Origin: an uncultured virus (IMG/VR IMGVR_UViG_3300044632_001415)
Lineage: Duplodnaviria; Heunggongvirae; Uroviricota; Caudoviricetes
Reading direction: 5' to 3' (one strand)
Length of the DNA: 63,556 bases
Virus record (IMG/VR): IMGVR_UViG_3300044632_001415
Below, one piece after another: positions 31,601 to 40,200 of this stretch. The notes under the pieces were generated by a model. The model saw only the letters and a list, made by a program, of their open reading frames with translations. It had not been told where the DNA came from and did not search any database. Position 1 is the stretch's first letter. Each line of letters begins with the position of its first letter. Position numbers and translations under genes: made by a program.

Positions 31601-34600
31601 CACCTTGAATACTTGCCCGCATAGCGTCTGCTCTTTGTGATTCAGTCTCAGTAAGTGGTTCATAAAGTATCATTCCAAAGTGTCTTATTCCAAAGCGATT
31701 CTCGGAAAATATAGTTCCATTTGTTGCTCTAGCTAAAGCTTCTCTTGTTCTAGATGAACCCATAGATAAAAGTCTAACCATTAAATCTCTTGGCTCAGAC
31801 AAATACATTCCAGTATCTATACCGCCATCAATTTTACCACTATGGCCATTTTTATTAACTGAGTTAACAACTGCACCAAGCTCAATTGCATCAGACTGCG
31901 CAGTTACTGTAACTATCTCACCTTGTTCAACATTGGTAATAACGCCATTGAATATTGTTTGAAGAGAATTTGGATTAGAACCATAACCAGCTCTTAGGTG
32001 AACTCTTACTCCTGGCTTTAATCTAATATTATTTATATCTACTATATATTCATTTCTCATTCCAGAAAGAATATTTCTAGATATATTTAATGTTCGATCA
32101 ATTATAGAAGATAGGCCCTCAGTTAAAGACATCTCCTCATCTAGCTCTTCTACGTTTGGATTAAATATTTTGTCAGACTCTTTGGTTGTTAATTTACCAT
32201 ATAGATTAGATAATCTAAAAATAAGAGTATCACCCAGTAGATCTTCGGAAGATACTACTGAGAAATCTATAATTGATTGTAGTCCATAAAAGTTATCAAA
32301 TAATTTAACGCCAGCAAAATATCCACCTTCATCTATAAGCCATAGCATGTAGGTGGGAAATGCCCGTAACATACGTCCGGAAACATCTCTATATGCTGAG
32401 TCAACCATCATGGTTTCCCAGTGAGTATAAACATCTCCAGTATATGCTTTTTGATATTTATCTAATGACACAGCACCAGGAACCATACTGTTTACTGTTG
32501 TGTTTCCGTATTCTGGAATTTGAGAATCTACGACATAATTATTTCTAAGAGTTACTCTTCCAGAATCTATTTGAACATTTTCTCCACCACTTGTTAAGTA
32601 GAATCTACCAGTATCTCTTTCTACATATCCATAATGTGTACCGATTGCTGTTTGCAGCATTGCGGGTATTCTATTGGACTCTATGTCCTCACTACTAGAT
32701 GCTGGCCATGTAAATATTTGTTTATGAAAATCAACTTCATCTGGATGAAAACTTACATATTTTTCCTTAACCAAATTACCTTCATCATTTTCTTCATAAA
32801 GACTATAATCACCGGAAAGAGCTGCTTCTATTGCTACTCGTTGAGATATACTATTTGGGCTAATCTCACCCTGAACAAATGGAGCAGGATCTAATGCTTC
32901 TAAGAATGGGTTATTTTCATTAGCTTCTGCGCTGATTGAAATATAGTCTGTTAAAAAGTTTATTTTCATTTCTGCGTCATATGTTGTTTCAGAGGAAGAA
33001 ACAAGTCTTATTAAATGAACAAATTCTGATCTTGTCATATTTTTATCTTTTATGAAGTCATTCATTTGTTCCACTAATTCAGTTTTAGTAATATAATTAC
33101 TACCAGGTATATCTGTTGAATCCCTATATAGTCTCATGAAATCGAGAACTTTTTGTGCCTTGCCAGCTTCATTTAAAAGGTCGGCTTCATCAATATTGTT
33201 ATTAAAATTATATTCTTGAATTCTTGGTTGCTCATTAGAAAAACTATTAACAACGTCTCTGTCAAATATTTCAAAGCTTCTAAAATAGAAATCTGGATCT
33301 AAATGACCAACCGTTTCCCCAGATTCGTTTTTTACATCTAATGGAAAATCTGGATATGCGTTAAATGCACCCCATAATTGTTTTATTCTAAGAAATGGAT
33401 TTTTCTTAGTTTGAAAATGCTTAACCATATCTTCTTGTTGTTTTGAAGATAATTTTTCTCTTTTTTGCTGAAAAATATCAAAGTCAGTTAGAGTTAATTG
33501 AACTTGATATGTGTGCGGAAAATTGGGAATTGTATTAACAGAATAATTTAATGGAAGAACATATTTGACACCACATAATGCTGTTATAATATTTTTGATA
33601 CCAAGAAAACCAATTACGCCAGTAGCGTGCTCTAATCTAGCTAATCCAGATACATGATTAAATATATTTCTTAATTTTATTAATTCTTTTTCACCAACAA
33701 CAGTCATTGATATATTAATATTTGTATCGCCACCACCAATATGCTGATAAGTTGGTTCATCGTGCATTTGGACTTGCAGTTTTGCAAAAGTGTTTTGCAT
33801 GCTTACTGTAACACCATTTATGATTACTGATGATGGATCTAAATCAACTCTCAACATTGGAACTTCCCATTCATTAAAATGGTAATTTCCACTTCTCAAA
33901 CGTGATGCTTCAAGAAGTGCTTGAATGGGTCCACTTGCAAAAAATCTTTCATAAACTAAAACATTAAATGCTGTCTTAACTTCTTGTTTTAATTTTTCTT
34001 CATCTGGCTGAACGCCAGTTGACCTTCTAAGCGCTTCAGATTTTCCGCTTACAATATAATCTAATAATATTGATGGATCTCTAGCTATTTCAATAAGTCT
34101 AGATTTCATTGAAGTTAACGATACGTCACTAATTTTTTGGCCTTGAAAAGTCCAAATATCTAATGTGTCAAGTCCTCCAACGTCTGGAGGGGCAATATAA
34201 TCTGCGTCTTCTTCCAGAAGGGAGCTATATTGTTTAAACCAATCTTTTACTGATTGTCCACCATCTCCATTGAAAATGGATTTATTTGAGTTTTCTTGAA
34301 TAAAGTTTGTTGCCAAATATGAGTATGCCTGAGCAGATTCTGAGCTTGCGTTCAATCCAGCTGTTAATAAATCAATAGAATACTTTAGCAAGTTTTTTGT
34401 AGACATTGAATAATTATTATTTCTTGAGATATCTATAGTTTCACTTAATGAAATTCCATAACCATCTACTTGATTAATATCTATACCAACTCTTCTCAAG
34501 AATCCAGCCCAAAGGTCTTCTGATAAATCAGGAAGGATTTTTTCTTCCGCAGATCTAAAAGATGCTGTACTTGGTAGGAATATTTTTGTTTGTGTTTCAG

Positions 34601-36749
34601 CTGGTGTATATATCGTTAAATGATTTCCATTTCTCCATTCTTCAAAAATATTATAAGTAAGTACATCTAAGCCTTCATTTTCTGTTTGAGTTTCATATGG
34701 AGAAATATCACCGTTCAATATTCCTCTTTCTATTGAATCTGGTGATCCAGTTGGCCGCGATCCAGAAGAGGACGATGTAACTATTTCCGTATTGGCATCT
34801 TTTGCGTCAGAAGACTTTATCAAAAATTCTTCGTTAACATACTGATGCATTGCTCCTGCTGCCTTACCCATATATTGGCGATATTTACCCCAGTGCACTG
34901 CCTGATTAAAATCTTTTACCATTGGAAGAAATGGTTCATGGTTGAAATTTAATAACTCTAAATCCACTGCTAGGGCAAATGGGAAATTTGGAATTGTAGA
35001 TATACTCATTCCAGCCAATGCAACTGCTGTTATTCCATGGATTGAATTAAGATACTGATTCTTAATTGGAAGAATTGGCGAATATTTAAATGCGGCTATA
35101 AAGCCTCTAAGTGATGATAAAAATTTATCTATTTTAATTTCAGAGTCACCACCATATCTAAAATCTATTTTCATATCTTGATTTAGATCTATTGCCGATA
35201 CGTCCTCTATATTTAATCCCCATATTTCTTCATAATTTGGAAAGAATAATCTCATTCTAATTGAAGTTTCTTTATAGCCAGAATTGAATTTAGGACTATT
35301 CTTTTGTCTTATTGCTGATCCAGTTAAGCTACCAGTTTTAAATGTTGTATTTATATCTATAGTTATAGGAGGAACGTAAAAATTAGCAGCTCCTATTCTT
35401 AAGTGAAATATATCTGGATTATTCGGTTGAATATTACTTCTAAAGTAAGGGGATTTTGTAATTATTTCTTTAATTCTTGAACTAGTATTTCTAGTTGATG
35501 CCCATTCAAAAATGGGCTCACCTCTTTCGTTCACACCGAATGCCGCCAGCAAGCTTCTTAGCATTTCTTCTGGATTATTTAATGGATCGTCTTCTGAACC
35601 ACCGTATCCACCATTAGAATAATCACCTTGGATAGCTATTGCTTCTATGAAAAATTGAATTAGGCTAGGAAAATAATAATCAACTGTAGCTAATAGAAGT
35701 GGATCTGTTGTCAAGTTTGCAGTTACCTGCTGTGCAAGAGTTAACCATCCTACGTCCACTTTAGGGTCTACAAATTCACTCGCAGACCGAATAACACTAA
35801 ATTTGGATTGAAGTCTTCTTTTAGCAAATTCGGATATTTCATACGCGTATGAGGCTAAGGTTAATAATCCTGACCTTTCGATTCTATTCATTAAACTTGT
35901 AAAAGCTTTACTGTCTAATTGGGTTATTTGAGTAGTATCAATTTTGGTAAAAACTGAATTAAATCTTTCATTAACCTCACCATTAATATCAGCAGATAGC
36001 GGACTGGGTCTGCCGGAAAATATATTAGCTATTAAAGCTGTATATTCGTATTGTAAATTATAAAATTCATATATACTTTGGAGCGTTGAAGTTCCAGGTA
36101 GAGCATCGTCTTCTGAGCTAATTGTCTCTTCTAATGACTCTAATATATCAACATCATAGTTAGAGCCAATAAAATTGTCAATTCTAGCTTTGACTAATGA
36201 AATATACGTTCTAACGATAGCAGGCCATCTGTCTAGTTCATTTACTCCAAGATTATCATCATTAAATATTTCATTTAAAAAATCTTGTCTTACTTCAGAG
36301 TCGCTGGTATCTGAATCTAAATTTCGCTTTTCTTTGTATTGCGAAAAGATTGTATCATCAAAGATTGCGCCATCAATTTTTGTTATGTAGGCAGCTATAA
36401 CTCTATTGAAACTGTTAACAGAATATGGATCGTTTTCATCATACTCTAATAGATTTCTACATACCAGATCATACTCTGGTAATTCTAAATCGTAAAATGG
36501 ATGCGATGGTTTTTGATAAATTTCACCATAAAATATAAAAGATGTAATTACGCCAGCAAGTTCTGGTGAAAGTTTACCATATAATGTATTATATAAATAT
36601 TTCCAATTGTCAGCTGATCCATCATTATCATCTTCTAGCGTAACTTTACTCGGCTCCAATAATATGTCTAGAATATTAACTAACTCATCAATTTTATTAT
36701 TATCAGAAAGAGTCTGAAGAGCCTGTTTGGTGACTGCATTTAGTGCCAT
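25665..36749 (-). CDS. Giant baseplate hub protein: two tube-like domains, gp27/GpD-like hub, DPBB insert, C-terminal SNase (thermonuclease) domain
   Basis: Hub motifs PGVRVHLRAGYG...IFNGVIT and GELIILGNGDIRPHD..EVEQVVHHF..GFITSITP; SNase motifs DGDT, VRFDGINTSE, DQFNR, LNWELVVNNLAKVY. Confidence 0.7.
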   Translation of the reverse strand: MALNAVTKQALQTLSDNNKIDELVNILDILLEPSKVTLEDDNDGSADNWKYLYNTLYGKLSPELAGVITSFIFYGEIYQKPSHPFYDLELPEYDLVCRNLLEYDENDPYSVNSFNRVIAAYITKIDGAIFDDTIFSQYKEKRNLDSDTSDSEVRQDFLNEIFNDDNLGVNELDRWPAIVRTYISLVKARIDNFIGSNYDVDILESLEETISSEDDALPGTSTLQSIYEFYNLQYEYTALIANIFSGRPSPLSADINGEVNERFNSVFTKIDTTQITQLDSKAFTSLMNRIERSGLLTLASYAYEISEFAKRRLQSKFSVIRSASEFVDPKVDVGWLTLAQQVTANLTTDPLLLATVDYYFPSLIQFFIEAIAIQGDYSNGGYGGSEDDPLNNPEEMLRSLLAAFGVNERGEPIFEWASTRNTSSRIKEIITKSPYFRSNIQPNNPDIFHLRIGAANFYVPPITIDINTTFKTGSLTGSAIRQKNSPKFNSGYKETSIRMRLFFPNYEEIWGLNIEDVSAIDLNQDMKIDFRYGGDSEIKIDKFLSSLRGFIAAFKYSPILPIKNQYLNSIHGITAVALAGMSISTIPNFPFALAVDLELLNFNHEPFLPMVKDFNQAVHWGKYRQYMGKAAGAMHQYVNEEFLIKSSDAKDANTEIVTSSSSGSRPTGSPDSIERGILNGDISPYETQTENEGLDVLTYNIFEEWRNGNHLTIYTPAETQTKIFLPSTASFRSAEEKILPDLSEDLWAGFLRRVGIDINQVDGYGISLSETIDISRNNNYSMSTKNLLKYSIDLLTAGLNASSESAQAYSYLATNFIQENSNKSIFNGDGGQSVKDWFKQYSSLLEEDADYIAPPDVGGLDTLDIWTFQGQKISDVSLTSMKSRLIEIARDPSILLDYIVSGKSEALRRSTGVQPDEEKLKQEVKTAFNVLVYERFFASGPIQALLEASRLRSGNYHFNEWEVPMLRVDLDPSSVIINGVTVSMQNTFAKLQVQMHDEPTYQHIGGGDTNINISMTVVGEKELIKLRNIFNHVSGLARLEHATGVIGFLGIKNIITALCGVKYVLPLNYSVNTIPNFPHTYQVQLTLTDFDIFQQKREKLSSKQQEDMVKHFQTKKNPFLRIKQLWGAFNAYPDFPLDVKNESGETVGHLDPDFYFRSFEIFDRDVVNSFSNEQPRIQEYNFNNNIDEADLLNEAGKAQKVLDFMRLYRDSTDIPGSNYITKTELVEQMNDFIKDKNMTRSEFVHLIRLVSSSETTYDAEMKINFLTDYISISAEANENNPFLEALDPAPFVQGEISPNSISQRVAIEAALSGDYSLYEENDEGNLVKEKYVSFHPDEVDFHKQIFTWPASSSEDIESNRIPAMLQTAIGTHYGYVERDTGRFYLTSGGENVQIDSGRVTLRNNYVVDSQIPEYGNTTVNSMVPGAVSLDKYQKAYTGDVYTHWETMMVDSAYRDVSGRMLRAFPTYMLWLIDEGGYFAGVKLFDNFYGLQSIIDFSVVSSEDLLGDTLIFRLSNLYGKLTTKESDKIFNPNVEELDEEMSLTEGLSSIIDRTLNISRNILSGMRNEYIVDINNIRLKPGVRVHLRAGYGSNPNSLQTIFNGVITNVEQGEIVTVTAQSDAIELGAVVNSVNKNGHSGKIDGGIDTGMYLSEPRDLMVRLLSMGSSRTREALARATNGTIFSENRFGIRHFGMILYEPLTETESQRADAMRASIQGAATIVGSGGGALNAAGGIASGFSFNYRGNTLSAMWQLWSNFASEVDLEIFKRNIYPGNGTGMAQFLGGDLDDGWSTAASLVPADMQNERLGYTKRLTDFAWNRLVIESQNNTPGSNLSIENLVEDNKLIQSTARGNFVRGSLSLGLMGVGLAFGGPVTGTLLTGLGLTGILSGRGGTNLFRTLGIISQNPDDDLKGFDEVSFRAQTYMRTVWDIFQTCARLLPNYIVAVRPFEDRSTVFYGKPHWLYTSGVVPVTMGFPGQEKAEELGIILPQERNADSDLISILDRVNRESNSYADYSAFFAAAEPDETLEMLTVDLLESTGIYAPSQTLAGKVLNFYSQQASTYRSTQYSDEGPNVILAKIPVTKGFANVGLHLPIDINNNGSTAARIGDIFSVHKQINNLTPRYSFPYFIATSKKLLENSSTINSELDELFGDMVFDDSPDEDSYNNLAQLAAYEFNFFLETKQTLIPSEGSVNYENILNLFDLNQAAIESSLANGIDATTELIRMPLPNIGTAGGIVPNADEEDLSFEYDPEIFGKLTYQEWGSPKTVEDEQFYIAMRWPYNPPTSSGDTTTLAKFKEEYGFENLYGSAEDYKNRKILVYNPVNRRSVICRPAYFLWGEEIGDIPDVNADLNVDAIVSPDAAFYLGIITRASSDSSDVEMGTDDIFAVFATSGYRVTPLAQECLFAFVPDNTPLGVVSPSIAPAINFKLKDKNGLDIDDDFHYTIGFGTFTSDNADSALIAQEKVEIIPSQDGSVSPGAGGRAVYGLNNSLSNLTLYGTTYVDSIEGYEFGGNILKNTNAKTYFQAVLDAEYETLERRKLWEILDAEKSSTDGNSNNNNRVSFAPAWDPADLIGIKARSYYDENYDPSVSVIAGDGRTLNQATDIWDQFRFGYHTYESVKQIFFDTFGLNADDDTPFPAYLKTLINPNSLSNEEPIEYFKSIKSGDNNAIDEFAILLGSDYYPTLSTEEGFMGIANLTAKGAYEEAVEYIRKGWIDAGLDEGGLINYFNTSITRSLKAFGEMFFSGQSIQDIFKFSLSLEDDESLEQILREKVTSPKQLFLILVGLFRQRLWEEAYGRAWLVLKPDRKKTGAEDEGQWSFRPVDKVFRAFINPYTALAKSSNGAKFTQLLVSTRGEGSSTTNIFGDIANGVSDFWNDNIGPIFTAIGDGLGALMSMFQLSMQQLGFALGEVGNFKKQAHILNKVLNDSIYYSLGQEGSLLRAVDNPFTREYGEPVIEIREPFQRIHYISSFSHIISNQIQENLNNVSTVVTAVSDGKYPVTVALDKGAPSERQVEKTVESGIYFDNMVGSGFLGFLHPLFHPLETIRGVAKNIQGTPDELTARRIALSHLKESIKDIYQGELIILGNGDIRPHDLIYIADVYERMYGIFEVEQVVHHFTSDLGFITSITPNAIVSVNDPAKWFMTSWIHSWMNVQSTRNQARIILDRVRDGNAGFTVGGNISIDALSESLTDSLIGGIQFTHGSSALAKDAMANQLAQNSDQIYNEISARAGSAAGTTGSLPALFFGAFANTVPIVGQLAWSGWKWVRDNVLDQHGCYVQYLNKNGQPMDAGLSYNQGMVVGMHHSKALLPGILGVRRKVRTAEGYTYVRSDDLFQSLGWKETEISDLVRYTGYQNALIHARVLNLSGLGPEKASLQQQYRVIVKVTDFKDGDTIDVEDILSGAVFTVRFDGINTSETNQIEGKIGYPDTSSNSNLSFLDLSTPGGAAKEYVRTALSDKIFIVRINPTRTGPTAILDSDYEAGAERNNDSVYEKDQFNRSIGTIFHSVPPENIENHKSFVAERARSAVRKYQNDTYLPGGVNSTTEDYVKESLKASFDSGSIFFTKFNEIYNALYELNTPDYYTSSRVDGVEQLSDPLWVTYIADGITNPSLLKPLGVLVNMKILEELYIITSMWPQVSWDEYYQNGQPYTLNWELVVNNLAKVYVKDLQRESQSVQTGAESVPQLNQVQGNSR

Positions 36750-36757
36750 AGTTTACC

Positions 36758-37198
36758 TTAATTAAATCTCATATTGTTTTTAACTATATTATTAATCATA
36801 CTACTAGAATTTTTTACTATTTTTAATTTACTATAGTTATCCATTATACTATAACCAGAGCTAGTGTTAGACATATTATTAATATTAGTTTTATTTAAAA
36901 AATTTACATTTTTATCATATCTAGCTTTTTGTAGATTTTTATTATCATAACCAACATTTTTTGGCTGTATTACAGTTGATGAGCTGTGCATTAGGCCCTC
37001 GTAGGACCCCTTTTGTTTATCTGCACCTACGTTTTTTACAGTCTCAATTGGTTTAGTTGGTTCTTTTGATAGAGTATTCTTATCAGATACTACCTTGGCA
37101 GATACTTTATTTGCACTCTCTGTTCTATAGGATGTATCTTTAGTTATTTTTCCAGCAGCAGATAGCGTGCTATTTTGTTTACGTGCACCAAAGATCAT
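36758..37198 (-). CDS. Hypothetical basic low-complexity protein
   Basis: 146 aa K/N/S-rich ORF filling the gap between two large genes. Confidence 0.5.
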   Translation of the reverse strand: MIFGARKQNSTLSAAGKITKDTSYRTESANKVSAKVVSDKNTLSKEPTKPIETVKNVGADKQKGSYEGLMHSSSTVIQPKNVGYDNKNLQKARYDKNVNFLNKTNINNMSNTSSGYSIMDNYSKLKIVKNSSSMINNIVKNNMRFN

Positions 37199-37209
37199 AG
37201 TTCATTACC

Positions 37210-40200
37210 CTAGTAAGACGAGGCTATTGACCCATATGGGTCCTCTGCAACATTTGCAATTCTGTTAAATATAGTAGTGCGAATTTTCCCATTAGATAAG
37301 CTTGACGCCAACTGATTAAATTTTTCAACATCTTCAGGTGATCCATTTATGTTTATATCATAATTATTTCCAGTCTCATATCCACTATTAGACATATTAG
37401 GGATCTGAGGGATTCTTGTTGGATAATTGGATTCATATGGGGAACCACCTGGCAGTAGGGGTGGGCCAGTCATATCGTCAACTGTTCTATCCTTGTATGA
37501 GGAATAAGCTAAACTGCCTACTGCAAGGGCACCGATAGCAAGGACGCTATTCTTTATCATTGGCTCTTTAAATAATTTTGTAAATTCTCCATCTTTAATT
37601 TTCTGTGAAAATCTCTTAAATTTTACTTTAGTTATTGGAGCATCTGGCTCCTCATCTAGTACGGATCTAATCATATCATCCGATATTGATCTTGAGCCAT
37701 CAGAGCCACCAGACAGAAGATCTTCCAATTCTTTAACCGAAGATGCTGTACCACGTTGTTCCAATATGTCAAATTGAGTCTGAAGCTCACTTCTGTCAAA
37801 CTGTGACTTAATTATTCTAGCTTGTAAATTAGCTTCATTCCTAAGTGTTTCGCTAGGTATTCTGTCCACATTTGCTTCGCCAGCAATTGCAAGCTGTGTA
37901 GCTTCTATTAGACTTCTATCCTGCATCATGCCTGGATAGGCTATATTTCCAAACTCATTCCTGTATAATTCTTCTATTAATTCTGCAAACTCATTATAAG
38001 TTGCTGGAGCTGGACGTGTTGTTAGTTTCCTTTTTGCTTGAATTTTATTTAATATTTCGTCTGTTAGTTCTTGAGCCATGGCAGGATCAAATTCTTCAAG
38101 AGCTTTAATGTTTCTTAGTCTTCTCGCATTTTTTAAATTTTGTGCTGCGTCAACTAACCTTTGATTTTCTGTAACTGATTCAAGTGTAGCAATATCAACT
38201 CTACTACCTAGTGTTAATTTATCTACTGCATTAGTAAATTCTTCCATAGATATATTTTTTAATTGTGACGCTTCATCAATTTGCTTTAATAAATCTTCTT
38301 GCAAAAAATCTGATCTGGCGTAGAAGTTTGCTTTTTGCAGTTCAGAAAATGCTGCTCGATCTTCTTGGTTTGTACCAAAAATATAATCTAATTTATCTCT
38401 ATTGGACTCCAAGAAAGCCTGTGCTAACTTCATTGAATCTTCAGATACAATTGAAGTTCTTCTAATTACATCATCTATATTTGCTAAATTAGCTTTTCTT
38501 GTAACTTCAAAAAAACCAAATAGTTCTTCGCCCACTTGCGCGTTTTTTGCTTGAGATGAATATTTGTGGCTCGCTTTTAGCAAAAATGGTTTTAGAGCTT
38601 CTGCCATAACTGTAGCGTCCTGTGTGTCATATGCTTTTTGAAGTTCTTCTATTCTTGCGGTAAAGCTATTAACACCAAAAAAATTTTGAGATCTTTTCAT
38701 CTCATCAATGACACCCTTTAGTAAGATTTGTTTATCCTTGTCTGCCACTCTTTTGGTAAATACATATTCATCTATTCCTAGCATGAGCTCTTGGTCCATG
38801 CCAAGATGCTCGCCAGCCACTCTGCTAAAACCAATTAATTTTCCTAGATTTTCAATACCCTGTTGTCCAATTTCATCTGCTGTTATTCTTCCGGCATTTG
38901 CCCCTTGATAGCCCATTAGTCTAGCTATAGCCCTATTAACACCTTCTTGATTAAGAAAATCAGCTTTAGCTATCTGATCTGTTATTGCAATTTGTGTTGA
39001 CATTGCAGTATCAATTGCCTGTTGGATTCCAACAGGATTTGTTGCTAAGTCAATAACTGATTCAGCAGACAGCATTCCTATTTGAAAATTCTCAAGTAAA
39101 TACTTAGTTATATTTTTATCATTTTGTCCAGCTTTTGTTAGAAAATCTCGATATTGCCTCATTGTTGAACTAATTGCTGTAGATCTATTAATGTAGACAC
39201 CTAAAATATCTCCACCAGCTTCAATGACATCCTCTTGCTTTCTTTGAAATGCTGCTCCAAAAAGTGCCTGAAATGCTGAGTCGCTTCTACCAAAAACTTT
39301 CATTACTTCTTCAAAATCTCCACCAGCTTGTTTTATTTCTCTCCTAAATCTTGCGCCACCTTTATATTTATTTAAGAAATTATTTACTTCTTCTGACTGC
39401 ATTATTTCTTCAATCTGTGTGCTCATATCAAAAGCTTTTTCGTCTTTGAATGTTGTAAATACACGGAAAATATTTGGAGTTGTGTATCGAGGCTGAGCTG
39501 TTGGGCTAGTTGTAACTAATGAGCCCATTCCTTCTCTTGCAATTCTTATTTTATCAGCGTTTGTTAGATTGACTACTGTTGTAGATCCTGCAGATTCCAT
39601 TTGGCGATATACTGTATCTATTGTACTTTCGATTAAGCTTCTTCTTCTTTTGGCTATATCTTCTGTTCTAGTTAACACATTGCCAGTACTAATCCCGGCG
39701 AATCCAAAATCTTGAAAAGCTTTGTCAAGAGATTGGCCACCATATATAACATTTTCTAATGCTAAAACAGCGGCGCGCTGTGCTTCTCTAGATGTTGCTG
39801 TTTGGCCACGTAAAAACACATTATCAAAATCTGACGATTCTACATCTACCATTTTTCTAATTCCGTATTTTATATCTTCTGCTGCTGATTTAAAATAATC
39901 TTGCTTTTTAAACATGCCAGTAAGAGTATCCTCATCAAAATATGCCCTAGCAAATAATCTTTCCTCTATAGCTGTAGGCTGACGTATCATATTAAATCCA
40001 ACCCTACTTCTACCCTTATCATCCTGGTAGCGAATCATCTTGATGATTCCTTTGTCGTCTAAGTCGAATCCACCTAATGCGTCTTTAATTCTTCCAACAG
40101 CTTCTCCGCCAAAAAGCATTGTTTTACCTTTTATTCTAAAAGATACAAGTTCTTCTGATAGTTGCTTCGCATTGCCAGATTCATCAATATAATCTGTATA

